Below are positions 28,255-36,996 of a DNA stretch of 64,000 bases, piece by piece (position 1 is the first letter of the stretch; every line of letters begins with the position of its first letter). This DNA is from Nitrosomonas sp. (lineage in GTDB: Bacteria > Pseudomonadota > Gammaproteobacteria > Burkholderiales > Nitrosomonadaceae). The stretch covers positions 4,880 through 68,879 of the forward strand of contig JAJFJK010000038.1 in NCBI GenBank assembly GCA_021774075.1. The letters run 5' to 3'. Below the pieces are notes generated by a model. The model had not been told where the DNA came from. It searched no databases and saw only the letters and a list, made by a program, of their open reading frames with translations. A program made the translations under genes and the position numbers.

Positions 28255-28543
28255 CATCTTTATGCCCAAGAATTAAAGCTGTAAGGATTTTCTGCTAGTT
28301 AAATCGTTACACGTAACATTCGCTATAAGCTCTCTAATTAGAGCAACAAAATCAAATCTCTGATCGGATTCAACCTATGTAGAGTTTTTTATGCGCCAAG
28401 AACCCCCCTATTGTTTTGGAAGACAATTTTTCACAGACGTTGTCAATAGCATTTGTGTTACAGTCAAGAGTAGTTCAATAAACGCTTTGATCATCAACAC
28501 CGTGAATTTGTGGATTTGTAAATGCGATTAATGCGCTGGAGAG

Positions 28544-30739
28544 ATGCAATTAAATAATTCCGTGTCAATACCAGAAGACCGCCTTGCTTCGGCACAATAC
28601 CACGCTCAATCTGGTCGTTTCCCCGAAATGTTGGCTGCCTGCCAGCACATCATCGAAATCCATGGCGACAGTGTCGAAACATTGCTGCAAGTTGGGGTAT
28701 TGTTATTGAACTTTGGGTTTCTCAGCCGTGCACGCGAGTGTTTTACGCGGATATGCAAACTTGCGCCCGATGACCTGCGTGGCGTGGTTAATATGGCTAA
28801 TTTAGCACGTGATGCGGGTGACCATACTGAATCCCACCGATTGTATGCCATGTTGCAGGAACGCCTGCCCAACCATTCGGTTGTGCGACGTAATGCGCTG
28901 GTCAGCATGGAATACGATCCAGCAGCTTCAGATAGCGAGCGGCTGATACAAGCACGTGCTTGGGGCGAATGGGCGGCTGTACAAGCGGGTGGTTTTCATG
29001 CACGTCCAGCCATGCGTTTGCTAGAAAACCGTCCACTGCGTATTGGTTATGTTTCCGCCGACTTTTGTCAGCACACTGTTGGTTTATTTGTAAAAGATGT
29101 GCTTGCTGCGCATAAACTAGATCAAGTGACTGTCTTTGCTTATAGCGCTGGACAGGTAAAGGACTGGGTGACGGAAGCAATTCGTATAGTAAGCCAGTTT
29201 CGGGATGTAGCCACCCTGAATGATGCTGATCTCGCGGCGCTGATTAAACAGGATGAAATTGACCTATTGGTAGATCTCTCCGGTCACACTGCCGGTTCAC
29301 GTTTGACGGTATTTGCTTATCGACCTGCCCCAGTTCAGGTGAGCTGGTTAGGTTATTTTGCTACGACAGGTTTATCCTGCATGGATGCAGTATTGTTGGA
29401 CAAGTGGCATGCACCCGAAGGGAGCGAAGCTCAATTTGTTGAACCGATTATTTCACTGTCCACGGGTCGTTTTTGCTTTCAACCAGTCCCTTGGGCACCG
29501 GATACCGTTGCGCCACCGCCATATTTGAAGTCAGGTCATGTTACCTTTGGCTGCTTTAACAATACGGCTAAGATTAATGCAGAGGTGTACGATGTATGGG
29601 CCAAGATTCTGGTTGCCATTCCAAATGCTACTCTGATTTTGAAATGGCGAACTTTTGCAGATGATTTATTGTGCCAGACGGTGCGTGATTGCTTTGCTCA
29701 GCGCGGTGTCGCACCTGAACGAGTTGAATTGCGTGGTGCTTCCTTTCATGCCGATGTTTTGCGAGAATACGCTGACATTGACATAGCATTGGATCCGTTT
29801 CCTTTTACTGGCGGTTTAACCAGTTGCGAGGCCTTATGGATGGGTGTGCCAGTGGTAACTTGGCCGCGAAGTCGGGTGGTGAGTCGGCAAACATTCGCGC
29901 TCCTTTCGGTCATTGGTTTGCCAGAATTGGTAGCGGGTAACGCAGATGACTATGTGTGTATAGCGGTAGCGTTGGCCAAAGATAAAAAGCAATTGGCTGC
30001 ATTGAGAAGTGGCATGCGAAAGCGGATGTCAGCTTCACAGTTGATGGATGTGAACGGTTTTACGCATCAGCTTGAACAATGCTTGATTGCCTTATACCAA
30101 GATGTGGCTGCTAAAGAGACATTATTAATAATGAACACTAAGAATATTCTCCATGTCGGCCCTGGCCATCGTAAGAACGGTGCCAAATTGCCACCAGCAT
30201 TTCAAACAACCGAATGGCATGAAATCCGCCTTGATATAGATCCAGCTAACGAACCAGATATCGTCGGTTCAATGCTCGACATGGCTGAAGTTGAGAATGA
30301 CTGTGTGGATGCCGTCTATTCTGCGCATAATATTGAGCATGTTTATTCGCATGAGGTGCCGATAGTGCTGAAGGAATTCTTGCGCGTACTTAAGCCAAAT
30401 GGTTTTCTAGTCGTTACCTGCCCAGACTTGCAGACAGTGTGCCAACTCGTAGTCGATGATAAATTGATTGAGCCTGCATACCATTCGCCCGCTGGCCCGA
30501 TTGCGCCATTGGATATCTTATACGGACATGGTGCGGCACTTGCTGCAGGCCATCACTATATGGCACATAAGTGCGGTTTTACCTTAAATTCATTAACGTT
30601 AGCATTGAAATCCGCAGGGTTTAAAACCATTGCCGGCAAACGTCGGGCAAGAGGTTTGGATTTATGGATGGTAGCGACAAAGTGTCAGAAAGATGAAACA
30701 GAAATCAGGACGTTGGCAGGAAAGGTGTTACCAGAGTGA
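28544..30739 (+). CDS. TPR repeat, GT41 (SPINDLY/O-GlcNAc-transferase-like) glycosyltransferase and C-terminal SAM methyltransferase fusion
   Basis: GT41 hallmarks: RIGYVSADFCQHTVG, DLLVDLSGHT, VQVSWLGYFATTG, FGCFNNTAKI, DIALDPFPFTGGLTSCEALWMGVPVVTW. C-terminal LKPNGFLVVTCPD methyltransferase fold. Confidence 0.8.
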   Translation: MQLNNSVSIPEDRLASAQYHAQSGRFPEMLAACQHIIEIHGDSVETLLQVGVLLLNFGFLSRARECFTRICKLAPDDLRGVVNMANLARDAGDHTESHRLYAMLQERLPNHSVVRRNALVSMEYDPAASDSERLIQARAWGEWAAVQAGGFHARPAMRLLENRPLRIGYVSADFCQHTVGLFVKDVLAAHKLDQVTVFAYSAGQVKDWVTEAIRIVSQFRDVATLNDADLAALIKQDEIDLLVDLSGHTAGSRLTVFAYRPAPVQVSWLGYFATTGLSCMDAVLLDKWHAPEGSEAQFVEPIISLSTGRFCFQPVPWAPDTVAPPPYLKSGHVTFGCFNNTAKINAEVYDVWAKILVAIPNATLILKWRTFADDLLCQTVRDCFAQRGVAPERVELRGASFHADVLREYADIDIALDPFPFTGGLTSCEALWMGVPVVTWPRSRVVSRQTFALLSVIGLPELVAGNADDYVCIAVALAKDKKQLAALRSGMRKRMSASQLMDVNGFTHQLEQCLIALYQDVAAKETLLIMNTKNILHVGPGHRKNGAKLPPAFQTTEWHEIRLDIDPANEPDIVGSMLDMAEVENDCVDAVYSAHNIEHVYSHEVPIVLKEFLRVLKPNGFLVVTCPDLQTVCQLVVDDKLIEPAYHSPAGPIAPLDILYGHGAALAAGHHYMAHKCGFTLNSLTLALKSAGFKTIAGKRRARGLDLWMVATKCQKDETEIRTLAGKVLPE

Positions 30740-30951
30740 ATAATTTTAAGTAAGTAAATATAAAATGTAGCACCCCAATGGAGTTAATCATCAAATTCTG
30801 CAGGATGATCAAGCTACAATATAGTGTGGTGGTTCGTCTTATGCAGACAGCTTGAATCAAAAGAATGCAGTGTATAATGCCGGTAACTTTTCCAGGTGTT
30901 GGAATTCAAATTTGTGTACTGTTCAGTTTATATAAGCAGCATTCAATTCAT

Positions 30952-31092
30952 GGGCACTTCTAAAAACCCAGATTTCATCCCAACTGCTGTGTTACAGAAA
31001 AAATTTATTACCGTCATACCAAACATATGCTGCGTTGCAATATTTTTTCTGCGCATTGCATTTGGGCGAACGCTGAATTTTTAGAAGCGCCC
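30952..31092 (+). mobile_element. MITE-like element, family A, copy 1 (~141 bp)
   Basis: Terminal inverted repeats GGGCACTTCTAAAAA ... TTTTTAGAAGCGCCC. It is highly similar to 33205-33346 and has no coding capacity. Confidence 0.7.
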
Positions 31093-31152
31093 TAAAATAA
31101 GATAATCGCGGTTTTTCGTAATTATTATATTCAATTCTCTGGCCCATTAGTT

Positions 31153-33186
31153 TTGCGCTATTCTAAATTAATTCTCAGATTAATTATATCTGGCATGGCT
31201 TTGGCTATGGCCGGATCAGTTATGGCTTATCATCCAGTGGAATCGGTGCATTTGCCACGTATGCCGGAAGTCGTTGTGGTTGAAGACGCAGCTGAGAACA
31301 AAGCCGAACGAGAACTGGAGCAGCCTGAAATCGTGTTGCGTGATGACAGGCTACGCCGCAAACGCGAAGCAAATTTGGGTGACACGTTATCCCAGGAGTT
31401 GGGGATTACTTCTAGCAGTTTCGGGCCGGGCGCAGGGCGGCCGATTATTCGCGGGCAGGACAGTTCAAGAGTCAGAGTTTTAGAAGGTGACATTGGTACC
31501 GGCGATCTTTCCATTATTAGCCCGGATCATGCCGTTGCTACGGAGACAATGAGCGCATCACGTATTGAAGTCCTGCGTGGCCCATCAACACTACTTTATG
31601 GCAGTGGCACATCCGGTGGTATTGTGAATGTCATTACGAATCGTATTCCTGATCGTTTATTCAAGTCGGTTAGCGGTAATTTTGAAGGGCGTTTTAATTC
31701 GGCGTTGGAAGAACGCACCGGGGCGTTGAATGCATCGGGTAGTCAGGGTCGGTTCTCCTGGAATATCGAAGGGATGAAAAGAAAAACCAACGACATAAAA
31801 ATACCCGGACGTGCGAATAAGAATGACCCCAACAGTCCATCAGGCGTAGTCAGAAACAGTGCGATAGATTCCAGCAATATATCTGTGGGTGGTTCTTATA
31901 TTGGTGAACGGGGTTTTGTCGGCGTATCAATTACCCGACTGGAGAGCTTTTATGGTATTCCCGGCCCGGAAGGGGCAACAATTGATATGGGGCAAACACG
32001 TTATGGCTTGGCCGGTGAGTTGGATAATCCTTTGCAAGGATTCGAGCAGCTAAAACTACGCATGAACTATAATGATTACCAGCATAATGAGCTGGAAGAC
32101 ACGGGTGAGATTGGTTCAAGTTTTAAGAACAATGAGGTGGAAGGCCGCGTTGAATTGCTGCACGCGCCAATTGCGCAATGGCAAGGTATTGTGGGTGTGC
32201 AATTCCAGAATCGTGATTTTTCCGCCAAGGGTGAAGAAGCATTTGTGCCGTCATCACAGTCGCATTCGGTTGGTTTGTTTATGTTGGAAAAGCGCCGTTT
32301 GGATCGTTGGCAGTTTGAAATTGGTGGACGTTTGGAACATGCCGCCCAGAATCCACAAGGCAATCAATTTCAATCACGCGATTTTGGTTTGTACAGTGTT
32401 TCAGGCGGCAGTGCCTGGGAATTTGTTGATGGTTATCAAATTGATTTAACCGCCACCCGCGGGCAGCGTGCGCCAACCACGGTTGCCTTGTATGCCAATG
32501 GCATCCACATTGCAACCAATACTTTTGATCATGGTAACCAAAGCTTAAGCAAAGAAACGTCTAACAACTTTGATTTTTCTTTGCAAAAAACAAGCGGGGC
32601 TGTTAGAGGCCGGGTGAATTTGTTTTACAACCATATTGATAACTATGTTTTCCAGCAAAGTCGCGACAGCAATGGCGATGGCCTGGCAGACCGGGTGAAT
32701 GATGAGGGTGTGTTGGATGCGGACGGTGCTTTTGTGGTGCAGGACTTTTCTCAAACACGCGCCAGATTTTACGGCGTGGAAGCTGAAGCCACCGTTGCAC
32801 TATTACCCGACATGCTGGATTTGAGGGTCTTCACCGATATCGTGTATGCCAATTTAAAAAATAACGGCAAAGTTCCGCGCATGACACCGCAGCGTTTTGG
32901 CGTCGATTTGGATTACAAATGGAATTCATGGCTGGCGAATTTTAATGTGACACGTGTAACCCGTCAGAACCGGGTGGCGACATTGGAATCTGAAACACCG
33001 GGTTATACCCTAATGAATGCTGAAGTTGCGCATCGTTTCAAACGGGGCCATTCGACTTACCATACCCTGTTTTTGCAGGGAAGAAACTTACTGGATAGTG
33101 ATATTCGCGTACATACCTCTTTCTTAAAAAACACTGCGCCACTACCTGGGCGTGCCATAGTGGTTGGTATCAGAGGGGAGTTTTAA
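31153..33186 (+). CDS. TonB-dependent outer membrane receptor
   Basis: Signal peptide, plug domain (DTLSQELGITSSSFGPGAGRPIIRG), a 22-strand-type barrel and a C-terminal ...VGIRGEF aromatic terminus. TTG start. Confidence 0.9.
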   Translation: MRYSKLILRLIISGMALAMAGSVMAYHPVESVHLPRMPEVVVVEDAAENKAERELEQPEIVLRDDRLRRKREANLGDTLSQELGITSSSFGPGAGRPIIRGQDSSRVRVLEGDIGTGDLSIISPDHAVATETMSASRIEVLRGPSTLLYGSGTSGGIVNVITNRIPDRLFKSVSGNFEGRFNSALEERTGALNASGSQGRFSWNIEGMKRKTNDIKIPGRANKNDPNSPSGVVRNSAIDSSNISVGGSYIGERGFVGVSITRLESFYGIPGPEGATIDMGQTRYGLAGELDNPLQGFEQLKLRMNYNDYQHNELEDTGEIGSSFKNNEVEGRVELLHAPIAQWQGIVGVQFQNRDFSAKGEEAFVPSSQSHSVGLFMLEKRRLDRWQFEIGGRLEHAAQNPQGNQFQSRDFGLYSVSGGSAWEFVDGYQIDLTATRGQRAPTTVALYANGIHIATNTFDHGNQSLSKETSNNFDFSLQKTSGAVRGRVNLFYNHIDNYVFQQSRDSNGDGLADRVNDEGVLDADGAFVVQDFSQTRARFYGVEAEATVALLPDMLDLRVFTDIVYANLKNNGKVPRMTPQRFGVDLDYKWNSWLANFNVTRVTRQNRVATLESETPGYTLMNAEVAHRFKRGHSTYHTLFLQGRNLLDSDIRVHTSFLKNTAPLPGRAIVVGIRGEF

Positions 33187-33204
33187 CGTTACAATTTGAA
33201 TTGA

Positions 33205-33346
33205 GGACACTTCTAAAAATCCAGATTTCATCCCAACTGCTGTGTTACAGAAAAGATTTATTACTGTCATAATAAACATATGCTGCGCTGCAAAATTTTT
33301 TCTGCGCCTTGCAATTTGGGCGAACTCTGAATTTTTAGAAGCGCCC
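33205..33346 (+). mobile_element. MITE-like element, family A, copy 2 (~142 bp)
   Basis: Same orientation and near-identical sequence to 30952-31092. TIRs are GGACACTTCTAAAAA ... TTTTTAGAAGCGCCC. Confidence 0.7.
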
Positions 33347-33381
33347 CTGATTACATAGTAAAAATCAAACACAAAAAAATT

Positions 33382-34341
33382 ATGTCTGCATCCGGCTCAA
33401 AAAAAGTAATTTATGCTGCATTAGTGGGTAATGCCCTGATTGCGGTTACCAAATTTACCGCTTCGGTGATTACCGGCAGCTCGGCCCTGTTGTCTGACGC
33501 GATTCATTCGCTGGTGGATACCGGTAATCAGGGATTGTTACTGTACGGGATAAAAAGGGCCGAGAAACCGGCAGATAAAGATTATCCGTTTGGATACGGC
33601 AAGGAAATTTATTTTTGGAGTTTCATTGTTGCCAGACTGATTTTTGCTTTGGGTGCTGGTGTTTCCATCTATGAAGGCATCCGCCACATGATATCCCCCG
33701 AACCGATTAGAAATCCGATGATTAACTATATCGTGTTGAGTTTGGCCCTGGTTTTTGAAGGCGTGGCTTGGTATATGGCGCTGAAAGAATTTAGAAAAGG
33801 CAAAGGCAAATGGAGTTATGTCAAGGCCGTGCAACGTGCCAAAGACCCATCCGTGTTTGTGGTGCTGTTTGAGGATTCGGCGGCATTGTTAGGTCTGCTG
33901 GTGGCATGTGTCGGTATTTTATTATCTCAAGCGACGGGGATCTTATGGTTTGACGGTCTGGCGTCAGTGATTATCGGCCTGATTTTGGCTTCCACAGCCA
34001 TTTGGCTGGCCTATGAGACCAAAGGTTTGCTGATTGGCGAAAGTGCCAACAGTGAAGTGAATCAGGAAATTCACGCAATCGCTGCCAGCTATAGCGGCAT
34101 TGATCATGTCAATGAAGTACTGACTTTGCACATGGGGCCGGGATTTATTCTGGTCAATATCAGTATCGATTTTGTTGACAGCACCTCCGCGGCAGAGGTT
34201 GAACAAACCATTGCAGCCATTGATCAGGAAATCAAAGCCAGAAATACATTGGTTAAACGGGTGTTTATTGAGGCTGAAAGCCGCATAGTGAAGAAAATCA
34301 GCGCAACAGCAGTGAAGAAAAAAGACACGAACTATTTATAG
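33382..34341 (+). CDS. Cation diffusion facilitator (CDF) family metal efflux transporter
   Basis: 6 TM segments with the HSLVDTGNQ motif in TM2 and a C-terminal cytoplasmic domain. 319 aa. Confidence 0.9.
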   Translation: MSASGSKKVIYAALVGNALIAVTKFTASVITGSSALLSDAIHSLVDTGNQGLLLYGIKRAEKPADKDYPFGYGKEIYFWSFIVARLIFALGAGVSIYEGIRHMISPEPIRNPMINYIVLSLALVFEGVAWYMALKEFRKGKGKWSYVKAVQRAKDPSVFVVLFEDSAALLGLLVACVGILLSQATGILWFDGLASVIIGLILASTAIWLAYETKGLLIGESANSEVNQEIHAIAASYSGIDHVNEVLTLHMGPGFILVNISIDFVDSTSAAEVEQTIAAIDQEIKARNTLVKRVFIEAESRIVKKISATAVKKKDTNYL

Positions 34342-34447
34342 TTTTTGTATTTGTTCCACCGATTAAAAATTCAATATTATAATTGGTAGGCGGCTTGTCA
34401 TTCAAAGGTATAATTCTTACCTAACGTGACAGCTGGTTGAAACAAGA

Positions 34448-36715
34448 ATGGCAAAATGGTCCAAGCAACTTCTCCTGGGTGTGTTCATCGGCCTGTTCGG
34501 TGTCATCGTGAATCTGACGCCACTGGGTTTGGCGCTGGAAGAAAAGTTCGGCTTATATTGGTTGTTTCACTTACGTGGTCCAGTGACCGCGCCCAATGAT
34601 GTTGCGGTTGTTGCGATAGATCGACCTTCGGCAACTGCGCTGGATTTGCCCATTACGCCCCGGTCATGGCCGCGTGAATACCATGCGCGTTTAATAGAAA
34701 AATTAACCGCAGCTGGTGCCCGTGTGATTGTGTTTGATTTGTTGTTTGACACGCAAGGCATTGTGCCGGAAGACAATGTCAAACTTGCGCACGCAATGCA
34801 ACAAGCACGCAATGTCGTTGTTGTTGAGCGATTGGTTTTTGAGGAATCGGAATTACTTGCGGATTTTGTCGATCAACCTTATAACCGTTTTACCCAGGAA
34901 GGTACTTCCAAGCTCCTGCCAATGATTGCAGATACTGTCATGGCACACGCACCTTTTCCTTTACCCAAAGCTGCCAGAGTAAATAATTATTGGACTTTTA
35001 AGGCCGGTGCCGGTGATGTGCCAACCATGCCTGTTGCAGCATTACAGGTATATGCCTTGCCGCTGTATGATGATTTTGTTCGCTTGTTACAAAATGTAAA
35101 TCCGGCTTATGCAGCAAAATTACCCGTTGATAAGGCTGCGCTGGATATTGATGGTTTGCTTTTAACCTTACGCAATATTTTTGTAAATGATCCCCACATC
35201 GCACGCTTGATGCAAGCGGCGTTAAATCGTGACACCAATTTGGATGAGGCAAAGAAACGGGTTATTAATGCACTTCTAAATGTGTATGCCGGTGACGAGA
35301 TACGCTACATCAATTTTTATGGCCCGCCGCGTAGCGTCAAGACGGTGCCGTATTATCAGCTATTGCAATTAGACGGCAGTGAATCAATAGAAAATCACCA
35401 GCAGCAATTTGATTTCCAAGATAAAGTGGTTTTTGTCGGATTCTCTGCCGCAACACAGCCCGAGCAGGACAGAGTCAGAGATGATTATCATACAGTGTTC
35501 TCAAACCCTAATGGGCTTTTCATCAGTGGTGTTGAGATTGCTGCGACAGCGTTTGCCAATTTATTAGAAAACCGGCCTATTAGGCCTTTTCCGTTTACTG
35601 GTAGCTTGGGGCTTCTTTTTGTTCTGGGCTTTGGCATGAGTGTGGTTTTTCTGGCATTACCCAATCGCAGTTCAATAGCATTTGGCTGTTTCTTAATTTT
35701 CATTTATGCTTTCAGTGTTTTTTATCAGTTTAAACACGCAGGACTCTGGCTGCCTTTAATTGTTCCGATGTTTCTGCAATTGCCACTTGCGTTATTTGGT
35801 GCTGTATTCCTAAGATATCTTGACGCTAAAAAGTCGCGACAACAGCTGCAGGAAGCATTTGGGTATTTTCTGCCTGAGCGTGTCGTTAACGATATTGCCA
35901 AAAGCTCAGGGGCGATTTTTTCCAATACTCAATTGGTATACGGCGCTTGTCTGGCGACTGATGCAGACATGTATACGAGACTTGCCGAGAACATGGACCC
36001 AGTAGAATTAGGTCGCTTGATGAACGATTATTATGCCGTATTGTTTGAACCCGTTCGTCAGCATAATGGCATTGTCTCAGATGTTGTGGGAGATGCCATG
36101 CTTGCAATATGGACAGCTTCTGCGGCTAATATCGCTTTGCAGCGACGCGCATGTCTTGCATGTCTGGATATCGCTGAAGCTGTTGAGCGGTTCAACCAAT
36201 TCAATCAAGCCAATGGTCGAAAAATATTACCGACCCGAATTGGATTACATGCGGGTGAAATGTTACTGGGCAATATTGGTGCCATTGACCATTACGAATA
36301 TCGTGCAGTTGGCGATATGGTGAATACGAGCAATCGCATTCAAGGCATGAATAAATATCTGGGTACGCGATTATTGGTGTCCAGTGCAGTAGTCGCAGGC
36401 CTGGATGAATTTTTGATACGTCCGCTTGGTGGGTTCGTGTTGTTTGGCAAATCATCGTCGGTGGATCTGGTGGAATTGATCACACACAAACAAGCGGCTA
36501 GTAATGAACAATTGTGGCTGTGTGAAGTATTTGCCAGTGCATTGCATGCCTATCAATTACAAAAATGGCAAGAGGCCATTAAAGATTTTTCAGAAATTCT
36601 TAGAGCATTTCCAAAAGATGGGCCAGCACGATTTTTTCTGGGGCATTGTCAACGTCAGATGCAGGCACCCCCCATTGATTTGTGGAGTCCTACTATCCGT
36701 ATGGAGAGTAAATAA
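34448..36715 (+). CDS. CHASE2 sensor domain-containing class III adenylate/guanylate cyclase
   Basis: N-terminal TM segment plus a periplasmic CHASE2 domain (VAVVAIDRPS...VIVFDLLFD), followed by 3-4 TM segments. The cyclase domain has metal Asp residues (LATDADMYT, VGDAMLA) and VNTSNR. There is a TPR-like tail. Confidence 0.9.
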   Translation: MAKWSKQLLLGVFIGLFGVIVNLTPLGLALEEKFGLYWLFHLRGPVTAPNDVAVVAIDRPSATALDLPITPRSWPREYHARLIEKLTAAGARVIVFDLLFDTQGIVPEDNVKLAHAMQQARNVVVVERLVFEESELLADFVDQPYNRFTQEGTSKLLPMIADTVMAHAPFPLPKAARVNNYWTFKAGAGDVPTMPVAALQVYALPLYDDFVRLLQNVNPAYAAKLPVDKAALDIDGLLLTLRNIFVNDPHIARLMQAALNRDTNLDEAKKRVINALLNVYAGDEIRYINFYGPPRSVKTVPYYQLLQLDGSESIENHQQQFDFQDKVVFVGFSAATQPEQDRVRDDYHTVFSNPNGLFISGVEIAATAFANLLENRPIRPFPFTGSLGLLFVLGFGMSVVFLALPNRSSIAFGCFLIFIYAFSVFYQFKHAGLWLPLIVPMFLQLPLALFGAVFLRYLDAKKSRQQLQEAFGYFLPERVVNDIAKSSGAIFSNTQLVYGACLATDADMYTRLAENMDPVELGRLMNDYYAVLFEPVRQHNGIVSDVVGDAMLAIWTASAANIALQRRACLACLDIAEAVERFNQFNQANGRKILPTRIGLHAGEMLLGNIGAIDHYEYRAVGDMVNTSNRIQGMNKYLGTRLLVSSAVVAGLDEFLIRPLGGFVLFGKSSSVDLVELITHKQAASNEQLWLCEVFASALHAYQLQKWQEAIKDFSEILRAFPKDGPARFFLGHCQRQMQAPPIDLWSPTIRMESK

Positions 36716-36783
36716 AATATTCGGGTTTTAAGAAATAATCACATCACATGTTATTCCATTGATGCACAAACATTAGCACTGTT

Positions 36784-36901
36784 TGTGAGAAAGCGCACAG
36801 ACAGCTAACAAAATAGATTCTAGAATTGTAGTCAGATTATATTGATTATTATCGATTTGTAGTTACCTAGGCTGGTTTCAGACTATTTCTCTCGTATAAT
36901 G
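36784..36901 (+). promoter_or_regulatory. Candidate cNMP-regulator-dependent promoter of FecR-TPR-barrel paralogue A
   Basis: TGTGAgaaagcGCACA at 36784-36799. TTGATtattATCGA at 36842-36855. An 18-nt block TATTTCTCTCGTATAATG at 36884-36901, identical to 42304-42321, contains a perfect TATAAT. Confidence 0.45.
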
Positions 36902-36996
36902 AATTGGTCGAGCTGGTTTTTTGAGCGCTTAGCTCTTTAAGGAAGCGAGTGAAATAAGTGCCCATGTTCCAATTACGAGAGAGATAGAAACTAATA

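Noticed and set aside
31093-31152. Fur or Zur box upstream of the TonB-dependent receptor (GATAATCGCGG...TAATTATTAT).
   Set aside because: It matches only partial half-sites of the Fur consensus and shows no convincing 19-bp palindrome.
30896-33372. Track ORFs 30896-31084 (+) and 33142-33372 (-).
   Set aside because: Both lie almost entirely within the MITE family A copies and their flanks. They have no RBS and are repeat-derived, so they are considered spurious.
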